DNA from: an uncultured delta proteobacterium
Lineage (GTDB): Bacteria > Desulfobacterota > Desulfobacteria > Desulfobacterales > Desulfosalsimonadaceae
NCBI GenBank assembly: GCA_963826785.1
Contig: CAWGYD010000008.1
Coordinates: 1 to 64,000, forward strand
DNA: 64,000 nucleotides
Direction: 5' to 3'
Shown here piece by piece: positions 44,251 to 55,000 of the stretch. The notes under the pieces were generated by a model. The model saw nothing but the letters and a program-made list of their open reading frames with translations. It was not told the origin of the DNA and did no database searches. A program made the translations under genes and the position numbers. The stretch's first letter is position 1. Each line of letters starts with the position of its first letter.

Positions 44251-45096
44251 GTGCGAAATCCATATCTGCCATACCCGGTCCGCATTGATCAAATCATTAC
44301 GGAAACCGAGGATAATAGTTTAAAGACATTTAAATTCGTATTTCTAGATCCGGCCGACGAGGAACGGTTTGCGTATCAGTCGGGTCAGTTTGCGGAACTT
44401 TCCGTTCCGGGACTGGGTGAAATTCCCATCGGCATCGCCTCCTCTCCCACGGAAAAAGGTTTTGTCAAATTCACCATTTTCAAAACCGGAAAAGTGACCT
44501 CCTACCTTCATGCCATGAAGGAAGGCGACATCATGGGGCTCCGCGGCCCCCTGGGGCACCCTTTCCCCTGGGAAATGCTGGAGGGAAAAAGCGTGGTGAT
44601 CATCGGCGGCGGGTTTGCCTTCACCACCCTGCGGTCCTCCATCATGTTCATGACGGACCCGGCAAACCGTGACAAGTTCAAGGATATCCATGTCATTTAC
44701 GGCGCCCGCTCCCCGGGAATGCTCCTCTACAAGGACGAACTGCAGCAGTGGGCAAACCGGGACGATATACACATGAACATCACCGTGGACGGCACGGATG
44801 ATCCCGACTGGAAATATCTGAAAGGCTTCGTTCCCACCATCACCGAGCAGAAAGCCCCTGCCGGAAATGACGACACCTATGCCATCGTGTGCGGTCCGCC
44901 CATCATGATCAAATTCACCCAGCCGGTGCTGGACAATCTCGGCTACAGCCATGACCACATCATCATGTCCCTTGAAAACCGGATGAAATGCGGGATCGGC
45001 ATCTGCGGACGCTGCAATATCGGCAAAGAACTGGTGTGCAAGGACGGCCCGGTATTTACGTTGGCCCAGCTCAATGAAATGCCGCGGGAGTACTAA
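44251..45096 (+). CDS. flxA: FlxA/AsrB-like FAD/NAD(P)-binding [2Fe-2S] oxidoreductase
   Basis: GQFAEL, RGPLG, GGGFA, YGARSP, CGPPIM, MKCGIGICGRC, CKDGPVF. Confidence 0.8.
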   Translation: MRNPYLPYPVRIDQIITETEDNSLKTFKFVFLDPADEERFAYQSGQFAELSVPGLGEIPIGIASSPTEKGFVKFTIFKTGKVTSYLHAMKEGDIMGLRGPLGHPFPWEMLEGKSVVIIGGGFAFTTLRSSIMFMTDPANRDKFKDIHVIYGARSPGMLLYKDELQQWANRDDIHMNITVDGTDDPDWKYLKGFVPTITEQKAPAGNDDTYAIVCGPPIMIKFTQPVLDNLGYSHDHIIMSLENRMKCGIGICGRCNIGKELVCKDGPVFTLAQLNEMPREY

Positions 45097-45114
45097 CGGA
45101 TCATAATTTTCATA

Positions 45115-45143
45115 TTGACAATATCAGCAATACCCGATAAATT
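45115..45143 (+). promoter_or_regulatory. Sigma70-type promoter of dsrC
   Basis: TTGACA-17 bp-TAAATT. Confidence 0.55.
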
Positions 45144-45224
45144 AATAATTTATATCCCTAAGTGAAATGCTTCGGCAATGTGCGCCAATTCATAAATATT
45201 AATGCGAAAAGGAGGGTTTAGTAA

Positions 45225-45542
45225 ATGCCAACAGTTGAATTCGAAGGGAATACGTTTAACGTAGACGAAGACGGGTTTATCGACAATTTCGAAAATTACA
45301 ACGAGGCCTGGGTGAAATACGTTAAACAGCAGGAAGGCATCGACGAAATGAATGATGAGCACTGGAAAGTCATCAACGTCCTGCAGGACTATTACAAGAA
45401 AAACGGCATCGCCCCGATGGTCCGGATTCTTTCCAAGCTTACCGGTTTCAAACTGAAACACATCTATGAACTGTTCCCCTCAGGACCCGGCAAGGGAGCC
45501 TGCAAGATGGCCGGACTTCCGAAACCGACCGGGTGCGTGTAA
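45225..45542 (+). CDS. dsrC: Sulfur carrier DsrC
   Basis: 105 aa ending ELFPSGPGKGACKMAGLPKPTGCV with both conserved Cys; strong SD AAGGAGG. Confidence 0.96.
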   Translation: MPTVEFEGNTFNVDEDGFIDNFENYNEAWVKYVKQQEGIDEMNDEHWKVINVLQDYYKKNGIAPMVRILSKLTGFKLKHIYELFPSGPGKGACKMAGLPKPTGCV

Positions 45543-45578
45543 CCCCCTGACCGTAAATGTTTTTCATTATCTGGTTGT

Positions 45579-45616
45579 AAAGAGCCCTGCCCGCTGTGCA
45601 GGGCTCTTTTTATTTT
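45579..45616 (+). terminator. Rho-independent terminator after dsrC
   Basis: AAAGAGCCCTGC-loop-GCAGGGCTCTTT followed by TTATTTT. Confidence 0.85.
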
Positions 45617-45745
45617 AATTTCGCATTCAGGACGCGTCCGCGCCGGTTGCATCACCCGCTTTCAGAAATGATCCATACGCCCCCCTTCACCACTTGATTA
45701 CCGCCGGGGCATCGTCTATCATTCAAAACGAAAATGGGGGAACAA

Positions 45746-46138
45746 ATGAAAATTTCAGTTCAAACCCGGCAGAAGACGGAATTGATCGACATCACCGGTA
45801 AAGTTCAGGATGCGGTGTCATCGGCGGGCATCGACAACGGGATCTGCATGATCTATGTCCCGCACACCACCGCCGGCATCACCATCAATGAAAATGCCGA
45901 TCCAACGGTTGCATCCGACATCTTGAACATCTTAAACCGGATCGTCCCATGGGAAGCCGACTACCGGCACGCCGAAGGGAATTCCCCTGCCCATGTGAAG
46001 TCGAGCCTGGTGGGCGTATCCCAGCTGGTGGCCGTGGAAGGCGGAAAACTGGCGCTGGGGACCTGGCAGGGCATCTTTTTCTGCGAATTCGACGGGCCCC
46101 GAAACCGCAACGTCCGGATTAAAACAATGGCAAAGTAA
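45746..46138 (+). CDS. yjbQ: YjbQ/UPF0047 family protein
   Basis: VPHTTAGITINENADP, H.EGNSPAHVKSSL, LGTWQGIFFCEFDGPR. Confidence 0.9.
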   Translation: MKISVQTRQKTELIDITGKVQDAVSSAGIDNGICMIYVPHTTAGITINENADPTVASDILNILNRIVPWEADYRHAEGNSPAHVKSSLVGVSQLVAVEGGKLALGTWQGIFFCEFDGPRNRNVRIKTMAK

Positions 46139-46141
46139 ATC

Positions 46142-46597
46142 ATGCAAACATTAGATGAAAAAGACAAGGCGCTGCTCAACCGGATACAGTCTGATTTCCC
46201 TATTTCTTCAAGGCCCTACCAGAAAATCGGGACCGAACTCGGCCTGTCCGAGGATGAGGTGATCGACCGCATCCGCCGGCTCAAATCCGAAAACATCATC
46301 CGCCGCATCGGGGGCAATTTTGTGCCCGGAAAACTCGGCTACGTCAGCACACTTTGTGCCGGAAAAGTGCCCGAGGAACGGATCGGGGAATTTGCAAATA
46401 TCGTGAACCAGTATCCGGGGGTCACCCATAATTATGTTCGCGAAAACCCGTTTAATGTCTGGTTCACCTTCATCGCCCCCTCCATGTCCCTGATCGATCA
46501 ATATCTGGAAGAGATTTCCATAAAAACCGGCATCACCGACCTCATCAGCCTGCCCGCCACCCGGGTGTTCAAAATCAAGGCCCATTTCAGCCTGTAG
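46142..46597 (+). CDS. ahbA: Siroheme decarboxylase subunit (Lrp/AsnC-like), alternative heme pathway
   Basis: LLNRIQSDFPISSRPY, IIRRIGG, LGYVSTLC, GVTHNYVRE..FNVWFT. Confidence 0.8.
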   Translation: MQTLDEKDKALLNRIQSDFPISSRPYQKIGTELGLSEDEVIDRIRRLKSENIIRRIGGNFVPGKLGYVSTLCAGKVPEERIGEFANIVNQYPGVTHNYVRENPFNVWFTFIAPSMSLIDQYLEEISIKTGITDLISLPATRVFKIKAHFSL

Positions 46598-46633
46598 GCC
46601 GTTTTGGCTGCAGGCATGCTTGAAAAGCATGCC

Positions 46634-47444
46634 ATGAAAAATATCCGAATCGCCGTCATCACCGCCTGTTTCAGGGTGGGCCGGACCCGGGAGAATCTTA
46701 AGACCCTCTCCCGCTGGACTGCTGCTGCCGCTAAAAAAAAAGCGGATGTGGTCTGCTTTCCGGAAATGTGCGTCACCGGGTATTGCTCCGGTCCGGAGAT
46801 CCGGAAATGGGCTGAGCCCCTGCCCGGCCCGTCCACCGCATTTCTGGAAGATCTGGCCCGGGAGCATTGCATCACGATTCTGGCCGGAATGGCGGAAATT
46901 GACACTGCCGGACTGATTTATGCCAGCCACCTGGTGTTCGGACCGGAAGGCCTCATTGGCATCTATCGCAAGCTGCACCTGGGACCGCCTGAGAAAGCGG
47001 TGCTCTCGCCCGGTGAGGCCATCCCCCTGTTTACCGTTCCGCAGTTCACCTTCGGCATCCAGTTATGCTATGACGCCCATTTTCCTGAACTGGCCACGGC
47101 CATGGCGGTCAAGGGCGCCGACGCGCTGTTCATCCCCCACGCATCACCGGGTCGGACCGCCGGAAGCCAAAAAGCGATCATGGCTTCGCCACATGCGGGC
47201 CCGGGCATTCGACAACGGCATGTTTGTCATTGCCTGCAACCCGGTGGGGGGAAATGGCCAGGGACTCCTCTTTCCCGGGGTCATCCTGGTGATCGGCCCG
47301 TCCGGTGATATCCTGGCCGAGTACACGGGCGATGTTGAACATCTGCTGATCGCAAACCTCAAAGCAGATGCGCTCAAATCGGTCCGGGACCACCACATGC
47401 GCTACTTTCTCCCCAATCGTCGGCCGGAACTCTATAATGAATGA
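46634..47444 (+). CDS. Nitrilase-family carbon-nitrogen hydrolase (frameshift near 47160)
   Basis: Catalytic triad motifs CFPE, YRKLHL, LCYD; RARAFDN...RRPELY. Confidence 0.85.
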
Positions 47445-48092
47445 AAAATCGATCCGGTCCCAAAGATCATGAGGGGATATATTCCCGGACGGGGCGCTTA
47501 CATATCCTGATCGGTCCAGCAGTGCCTTCAGGCCTTTCCAGAAAATCGCGGACGCTTCGGTGAAGACTTCGCGAATCGCCGAATCCGATTCAAGCGAGCG
47601 GATATAACTTTCCATGCCGCTGTTTAGCAGACTGGCAAATCCATGAGAAAACAGCCAGCCGTGGAACATGAATTTTCTTCTGGATTCGTCTGAAAAACGG
47701 TCGAATACCGGGTAATCCCTCAACCGCTTCAGATGATATTCGAAGTTATCGGCACTGCACCGGGTATTTACTTCCGAATAGGTTTCATCGTGAATGCATT
47801 TAAATAGATATTTTTCATTTCGGGCGAACAGAACATAACCGAGCCCCATGTCCATGTAAATGTCGCCGCTGTAGGGGGTGAGCTGAAATGAGAGAAGGCG
47901 TTGCCAGGCGTTTTCCACCACCGCCTCCTCGATGTCACGCATGGAATTGACCCGGGTGTAAATGGGCATGGTGGAGGCCTTGAGCTGATGCGCCAATGCC
48001 CGGGCGGACAAGTTGCCCATACCGCGCTGGCGGACAATCTCCACTGCGGCATCGACAATATCCTCAACCCGGTATTTCTTCCGCCTCGTCAT
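47178..48092 (-). CDS. TetR/AcrR family regulator (true 3' end probably near 47500)
   Basis: IVDAAVEIVRQRGMGNLSARALAHQLKASTMPIY HTH; the ORF as read overlaps the convergent nitrilase gene, suggesting a 3' indel. Confidence 0.8.
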   Translation of the reverse strand: MTRRKKYRVEDIVDAAVEIVRQRGMGNLSARALAHQLKASTMPIYTRVNSMRDIEEAVVENAWQRLLSFQLTPYSGDIYMDMGLGYVLFARNEKYLFKCIHDETYSEVNTRCSADNFEYHLKRLRDYPVFDRFSDESRRKFMFHGWLFSHGFASLLNSGMESYIRSLESDSAIREVFTEASAIFWKGLKALLDRSGYVSAPSGNISPHDLWDRIDFSFIIEFRPTIGEKVAHVVVPDRFERICFEVCDQQMFNIARVLGQDITGRADHQDDPGKEESLAISPHRVAGNDKHAVVECPGPHVAKP

Positions 48093-48103
48093 GATAAAAC
48101 CGG

Positions 48104-49381
48104 CTATTTGACATCGAGCAGTGTAATCAGGCCGAGGCTGAGCTGGGGAATATAGGTAATCAGAAGCAGCCCGATCATCAGGATCACCAGAAAAGGGATG
48201 GCGGCCATGTAGAGTTGGAGAACCGGCTTTTTGAACCGAAAGCAGGAGATGAAAAGATTCATTCCCACCGGCGGGGTGGAATACCCGATCTCCAGGTTGG
48301 TCAGAAAGATGATGCCCAGGTGGACCGGGTCGATGCCGTAGCTCACCGCGATGGGAAGAATCAACGGCACCACCACCAGCAGCGCCGAATAGATGTCCAT
48401 GATGCACCCGACGATGAGCAGAAATACATTCAAGCCGATGAGAAAGGCCCATTTGGATGTCACCAGGTCCTGCATTTTTTCCAGGATCACCATGGGGATC
48501 TGGGCATCGATCATGTAATTGGTCAACGCCAGGGCAGACCCCAGAATAATCAGGATGCCGCCCACCAGCACCATGCTCTGATTCATGATCAGGGGCATGT
48601 GGCGCAGCTTGATCTCCCGGTGGATGAAGACCTCAACGATAAATGCATACAAAACGATCAGCGCGGCGACTTCTCCCAGGGTGACATATCCGCCGAAAAT
48701 GCCCAGAATTACGATCAGGGGAATGAACAATTCCCATTTGGCATCCCAGGTGGTTTTCGCCATGAGCGAAAGCGACGTCTTTTCCCGGATGACATCCGAG
48801 CGTATTCCCACCACCATTGAATACAATGACAGCAGCAGAATCAGCAGCAGTCCGGGAATAATTCCGGCTGCAAACAGCTTATTGATGCTGGTTTCCGCGA
48901 TCACCCCATAGATGATGATGGGCAGGCTGGGGGGAAAGAGAAGCCCCAGGGACCCGGATGAAGTCAGCAGGCCCAGGGAGAACCGCTCCGGGTATCGCTC
49001 CTTGATCATGGCCGGGTAGAGCAGTCCGCCCAGTGCGATGATGGTCACACCGGATGCACCGGTGAACGCGGTGAAAAAGGCGCAGGCCGCAAGGGCCACG
49101 ATGGCGAACCCGCCCGGCAGCCATCCCAGAACCGCCCGGGAAAAATTGACGATCCGGACCGAAGAACGGCTTTCGGCAAGGATAAACCCTGCAAAGGTGA
49201 ACAGCGGGATCGTATACAGGATGGGGTTGTTGGCAAATTTGTTGTAGGTATCCACCACCAGCGCGGCAAAGGGAATGTCTGCCACATAAAAACCGATCAT
49301 GGCAAAGGCGGAGATGACAATGAATATGGGCGCGCCCAGCAGGGCCATCAAGATGATCAGGCCGATCAGAAATGCGGTCAT
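48104..49381 (-). CDS. dctM: TRAP transporter large permease
   Basis: IPLFTFAG, GSLGLLFPPS, IDPVHLGII, TPPVGMNLF. Confidence 0.93.
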   Translation of the reverse strand: MTAFLIGLIILMALLGAPIFIVISAFAMIGFYVADIPFAALVVDTYNKFANNPILYTIPLFTFAGFILAESRSSVRIVNFSRAVLGWLPGGFAIVALAACAFFTAFTGASGVTIIALGGLLYPAMIKERYPERFSLGLLTSSGSLGLLFPPSLPIIIYGVIAETSINKLFAAGIIPGLLLILLLSLYSMVVGIRSDVIREKTSLSLMAKTTWDAKWELFIPLIVILGIFGGYVTLGEVAALIVLYAFIVEVFIHREIKLRHMPLIMNQSMVLVGGILIILGSALALTNYMIDAQIPMVILEKMQDLVTSKWAFLIGLNVFLLIVGCIMDIYSALLVVVPLILPIAVSYGIDPVHLGIIFLTNLEIGYSTPPVGMNLFISCFRFKKPVLQLYMAAIPFLVILMIGLLLITYIPQLSLGLITLLDVK

Positions 49382-49944
49382 CGGTCAGCCTCCCGGAAGG
49401 CGCGATAAAATCCCATGATGGTGTTGCGCAGGAAACGGATGGAAACCAGGGTGTAGCCTAGGGGCAGAATGGCCTCCATGGACCAGCTGGGAAGGTTGAG
49501 AAAAGGCGAAGTGCCCGGGCTCTGATACTCAATTTCGACAAACTCGAACGCGGCAAACACCAGGATGCAGCAGACGATAAACGAAAACAGGCTGATGACC
49601 GGCTCCAGATATTTCTTTGATCGTTTCGGGATCAGATTGGACACCGCATCGATCTTCACATGGGACCGGCTGCGCGTGGCCACGGCCGCACCGAAAAAAG
49701 CGATCCACAGGACCAGGTGACGCACCAGGGTGTCCCCGCCGGAAATCCCGGATTGAAAAAAGTTGCGCATCAGGATCTGGACCAGCACCATCGCAACCAT
49801 GGCGGCCAGAAACAGCACGATCAGGACATCTTCAACCTTGGACAGCCACCGGTTAAAGCGCCCGGTTTCCGCCCGGGCAGCCACGCAGACCGGGCATCCC
49901 AGCAGATCCGGTTCAAATTCATTGCCGCATTTCAGACACTGCAT
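49378..49944 (-). CDS. dctQ: TRAP transporter small permease with an N-terminal CxxC-CxxC motif
   Basis: 4 TMs, LWIAFFGAAVA...HVKID. Confidence 0.88.
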   Translation of the reverse strand: MQCLKCGNEFEPDLLGCPVCVAARAETGRFNRWLSKVEDVLIVLFLAAMVAMVLVQILMRNFFQSGISGGDTLVRHLVLWIAFFGAAVATRSRSHVKIDAVSNLIPKRSKKYLEPVISLFSFIVCCILVFAAFEFVEIEYQSPGTSPFLNLPSWSMEAILPLGYTLVSIRFLRNTIMGFYRAFREADR

Positions 49945-49954
49945 GCCGGCGGCC

Positions 49955-51007
49955 CTACCTGATCATTTCCACATGACTGTCCGGATGGGCTTTCCGGTAT
50001 TCTTCCAGATACCCCAGCGTCTCGTCCAGAAGCTCCTGGGAGTAGAGTTTGCCCACCAGGTTCTCCCGGGCCTTCTTTGAAGTGGTGAAAATAAATTCCA
50101 GCTGGGCCTTGTCCTTTTCCGGATCAAAGGGGACCACCTTGATGCCGGCTTTTTTAAGCACCTCGATGGATTTGTGGTCCTGCTCCCGGGTATGCAGGCT
50201 CAGTTTATCGAAATAGGGCTGACAGATCTTTTTGATCTTGATCTGGTTTTCCGGTGTAATCTTATCCCACATCCGCTTGGTGACGATGGTCCCCCCCTGG
50301 ACATTGGTGGTGGGCATTTCGGCCATGTATCCAAATCGTTCATACCAGTGGTAGGCCACCGCCCCATAGGGGGTGATGGGGGCGGTATCGATGAGCTTGG
50401 TGGACAGCGAGGTCATGACGTCGGTGATGGAAAGGGGAACCGGGGTGATCTCGAAGGCCTCGAACATGGCCTGGCTGAGCGGGTCGCCCTGCCACATCCA
50501 CCACTTCTGGCTGCGGGCCACTTCGATGGAGGTGATGGGCACTTTGGACAGGTTGTAGACAAAACCGATTTCGTTCCACCCCAGAACGATATAGCCTTCC
50601 TCCTCGAACCGCTTCTCCATATAGGGACGGAGCTTTTCACGAACATAGGCGACTTCCTCGTAGTTCCGGAATACATAGGGGAGTTCGGTGACCCGCACCT
50701 CCGGGACAATCTGGCCGAGACCATGGCCGGTGAATGTACCGCCGTGCAGTTGTCCCAGCCGGATTTTGCGCAAAACATCCATTTCATCGCCCTGAACCCC
50801 GCCGTAATAGAGCTTTACCCCCACCTGGTTGCCGGTCTCCTTCCGGATCCGGGCATCCATTTCATTGATGACATTCATCATATAGGACCCGCGGGGGGCG
50901 ATGGTGGCCATCTTGAACAGAATTTCCGGTTGATCCGCCGCAGATGCCGCCACTGGAATCAGAAATAGAATGGAAAAGAGAATCGCATACAAGGATTTTG
51001 ATTTCAT
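49955..51007 (-). CDS. dctP: TRAP substrate-binding protein (DctP/TatP-like)
   Basis: Signal peptide, KMATIAPRGS, YYGGVQGDE..VLRKIRLGQL. Confidence 0.9.
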   Translation of the reverse strand: MKSKSLYAILFSILFLIPVAASAADQPEILFKMATIAPRGSYMMNVINEMDARIRKETGNQVGVKLYYGGVQGDEMDVLRKIRLGQLHGGTFTGHGLGQIVPEVRVTELPYVFRNYEEVAYVREKLRPYMEKRFEEEGYIVLGWNEIGFVYNLSKVPITSIEVARSQKWWMWQGDPLSQAMFEAFEITPVPLSITDVMTSLSTKLIDTAPITPYGAVAYHWYERFGYMAEMPTTNVQGGTIVTKRMWDKITPENQIKIKKICQPYFDKLSLHTREQDHKSIEVLKKAGIKVVPFDPEKDKAQLEFIFTTSKKARENLVGKLYSQELLDETLGYLEEYRKAHPDSHVEMIR

Positions 51008-51019
51008 CGGTCGCCTTTC

Positions 51020-51895
51020 CTAATAAACATTGTCAACATCTTCCAGCATCCGCCGGGCTTTTTTCTTTGCCGCCGAATTGATGAATGTCATCTCGGGCAG
51101 CAGATCTTCCGGTGCGGAAATGACGTAGTTCAACGTATCCACGTACAACTGCCGGTCCTGAATCTGATAGGCATAATACTGGGCATACATCAGATAAAAT
51201 ACCAGCATTTTTCCGTCTGATATGGCAAAGGCTTTGTCAAACTCCGCCTGGGCCAGTTCCGGTTTCCCCCCATGGGCCACCGGACGCGAAGCATGCAGAA
51301 CGCCCATGACCGTGTGGGCAGCACCGTATTTGAAGGTATCGTCGAGTTCCATGGAACGTTTCAGCATCGCCCTGATCTTGGGCAGCGCGAGAAAGATTTC
51401 CGGGTCATCCACGTTTAATCCGGCCCAGCTCAGCCAGGAACTTGCCCCCCAGAACAGCGCGGGGACGTCGCTTTTGTTGAACACGGAAAGGCTTTGTACG
51501 AACGGTTCAAGTGGACCGTCCAGGGCCTGTGCGAATTTCTTTTTTTGAGACAGCGCACGAAGGGCATAGTCTCTTGATTTCGCATACATCTTCATGGCCC
51601 GTTCCCGGTCCTCCGACTCAAGGAAGACAAACGAATACCCGTTGTAGGCCTCTGCGGCCATCACCAGGTATTTGGTATTGTTCGGCGACGCCTCGATGAT
51701 ACCGTCCATCTGGATCAGGCTGGCGGGCAGCGCGTCCCGCACCAGTTCCACATCATTGTTCCGGTTGACGGCCGTGTTCATCTTGTCCAGCAGCGGGGAC
51801 ATGGAATCGGCCATGAATTTGGCGTTGGCGCATCCGGCCGCCGAAATGGCGATTCCGATCAGGATGAGCAGGCGCAGAAATCTGGCATGGGGCAT
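51020..51895 (-). CDS. TatT-family TRAP-associated lipoprotein
   Basis: Lipobox SAAG-C, DVELVRDALP, DVPALFW, GGKPELAQAEF.KA; adjacent to dctPQM. Confidence 0.8.
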   Translation of the reverse strand: MPHARFLRLLILIGIAISAAGCANAKFMADSMSPLLDKMNTAVNRNNDVELVRDALPASLIQMDGIIEASPNNTKYLVMAAEAYNGYSFVFLESEDRERAMKMYAKSRDYALRALSQKKKFAQALDGPLEPFVQSLSVFNKSDVPALFWGASSWLSWAGLNVDDPEIFLALPKIRAMLKRSMELDDTFKYGAAHTVMGVLHASRPVAHGGKPELAQAEFDKAFAISDGKMLVFYLMYAQYYAYQIQDRQLYVDTLNYVISAPEDLLPEMTFINSAAKKKARRMLEDVDNVY

Positions 51896-52034
51896 ATCGT
51901 ATGTTCCTTTAGCGGGTTAAAAGAAGCGGGGGATTAAAAAAACGAATTGTTATTTACAATTAGTCGGATTTATGCCGGCTGTCAAACTAATTTTGAAGGC
52001 ACCCCGGATTACGGGGCTAAAGAGACGCGGGTGC

Positions 52035-55000
52035 TCAGAAAAGTTCGATAAAATTTCCGATCCAGTAGGGGCCGTCTTCAGGGGCGTTTACCCCTTTGGT
52101 AATCCGCTGGATGGGAGACGGGAATTTGATTTTTCCGCAGAACCAGTCCGGGTAGAGCAGATCGCCCAGCCAGGGGATCTTTATCACTTTGTCCCCGCAG
52201 GGAAAATCGATGATGTCCTTGCTGTAGTACCCGATTTCATCACCGCTGCCAAGCTGTCCGTCCCCGTTTTTGTCCAGAATAGCCACCAGGTAGGCCGTGC
52301 GCTCGAGCAGACCGCCTGCATCCACCCCCTTGATCAGGGGCTGGGGGGGGCGGTTGTTTTCGTAAACCACGATCTGTTCGTACAAAGCGGTCAGTATGGG
52401 AAGTTTGCGGGTGCACAGTGTGCAGGGTTTCTCTCCGATGCCGATATAGTCGTACGCCGTGGGCGAAAGGATGTCCGCGCCCAGGATGTAGTCCATATCG
52501 ATATTGAATTCGATTTTCCCCGCTGCAGATATGCCGATGGAGATGCCGTCCACATGGATGGCCAGAACAATCAATTGTGCCCGCTCCATATTGAACGATC
52601 CGGTGTGGCTCAAGTCCAGTGCATAGCTGATGGACGCATCGAAATCATAGAGCAGCTTGTTCACCTTGAATTCGTAATCCTCCGGGGGGACGATGTTCTT
52701 GCCGCAGGAAAGTTCAACCGTAAACTGATATGTCCGCTTGTTCACCATCAGCCCGAGCTTGTCTCCCCGGGTGGGCACGGGAAAGCCGCCGGAAGAATCC
52801 CTGTCCCACAGGGCGGCGATCATCACCTGATCCCCCGGCTTCAGGTCGGTATTGGACAGGTCGATATCGAAATAAACATCCATGGCCGGCATTTTGTAAA
52901 AATACTTCAGGGCGGAATACGGGTCTTCCAGAATATCTGCGGGATTGTCCGAGTCGAAGACGAAAATATACATGGGATAATCATCGGAATAATATTCCGA
53001 AAACATGGAAAAGGTCCCGGCGATGGAAATGTCGTATCCGGACGGCTTAGGGATGACGAAGGTAAAGGAAATGTCAATGCCGGTCAAAGACGTTCCGTCA
53101 TCGATGTAAACGAGCGATGAAAATTCACCGCCCCGGTCGTAGAATCCGATCTTATCGCCGGCGTCGATGCGGCCGTTCTGGTTGGCATCCAGCAGGGCGA
53201 TCAACTGGACGTTGTCCATGGGCACGTTTTTCCCGTAAGGAATGATATCGATGGTATAAGGGGCCGGACCCGGCGCCTTGGCCATGGAAGTGTAGCCGAT
53301 CACGGAATTTACGTCGATGGCGGAAAAATCGGAAGATGTGATTTCGCCGGCATACGCCACGACATACACGTCCCCTGCTTCCCCGCCCCGGATGTTTCCG
53401 GAAACCGAAGCATGATAGTCGAATACCTCCCGGGAAATATCGATTGCAAATCCGTAATTTTCACCGGAAGTCAATGTCAGTGCCGGTGAAATGGTGCCCT
53501 CATTAAAATAGATGCCTACAAAATCGCCCCGGGTGAGATTGGGAAGCCCGCCGGCAAAGTCGCGGTCCCACAAACCGATCACCATGACCTGATCTCCGGG
53601 AGCGATTCCGGCGGCGGCCAGATCGAAACAAAATTCAGTGGTGGACCTGGGCATTTTAGCAAAATACCGGATTGCGGAAAAAGGGTCTTCCATGACGGCC
53701 GCGGGATCGCTGCCGTCCAGCACGGCGATGTAAACCGGCGCCTGCTGCTGTGAGTAGTCACCGGGAATGCTGAAATGGCCGGTGATGGACAAGGGGATAT
53801 CCGACGGTTCGGATATGGTGAAGGTAAAGGCGATGTCGATATTGGTCAGGGAGGTGCCATCATCCAGGTAGACCAGGGATGAGAATTCTCCTCCGCGGTC
53901 GTAAAACCCGATCTTGTCGCCCCCGTCCGCGCGTCCGTTTTTGTTGGCATCCAGCAGGGCGATCACCTGCACCTTTTCCAGGGGCACGTCTTTGCCGTAG
54001 GGGAGGATGTCGATGGTGTAATTTGCCGGACCCGGTGACTTGGAAACAGCCGTATACCCCATGACGGCATTGATATCGATGGCGGAAAAATCCGATGATT
54101 CGATATCCCCGGCGTAAGCCACCACATACACATCCCCCTTGTCCTGGCCCATGATTTTCCCGGAGATGGCGGCCTGATAATCATACACTTGCCTGGAAAT
54201 ATCGATGGCAAATCCGGAATTGTCCCCGGAAGTAAGCGTCACCGCCGGGGTGATGCGCCCCTCCTGAAAATAAATGCCGATGAAATCGCCTGCCGTCAGG
54301 TTGGGCAGCCCGCCGGCAAAGTCGCGGTCCCACAGGCCGATGACCATGACCTGATCCCCCGGAACAATGCCGGCACCAGCCAGGTCGAATGAAAACCCGG
54401 TGGTGGTTTTGGGTATCCGGGCAAAATACCGGATGGCTGAAAATGGATCATCCAGGATGGTTTCGGGATCATTTCCATCGAGTACGGCAATGTAGACCGG
54501 CGCCTGCTGCTGTGCATAGTCACCCGGAATGGTAAAATACCCGGAAATGGATAAAGGGATATCCGATGGTTCGGATAGGGTAAAGGAAAATGCGATATCG
54601 ATGCCGGTCAGCGCAGTGCCGTCATCGATACGGACCAGCGATGAGAACTCACCGCCCCGGTCGTAAAATCCGATCTTGTCGCCCCCGTCCACCCGCCCGT
54701 TTTTATTGGCATCCAGCAGGGCGATCACCTGAACTTTTTCAATGGGCACATCTTTGCCGTAGGGAAGAATGTCGATGGTGTAATCCGCCGGCCCGGGCGC
54801 CTTGGAGATGGCCGTATACCCGATGACGGCATTGACATCGATGGCCGAAAAATCCGACGATTCGATATCCCCGGCGTAAGCCACCGCATAGACATCGCCC
54901 TTGTCCTCCCCCTGAATTTGTCCGGAAATAGTGGCATTATAGTCGAACACCTCCCGGGAAACGTCGATGACAAACCCGGAATTGTCCCCGGAAGTAAGCG

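Noticed and set aside
46142..46597. Lrp/AsnC transcription regulator
   Set aside because: The FP...RPY and HNY.R motifs fit the siroheme decarboxylase AhbA/NirD group better.
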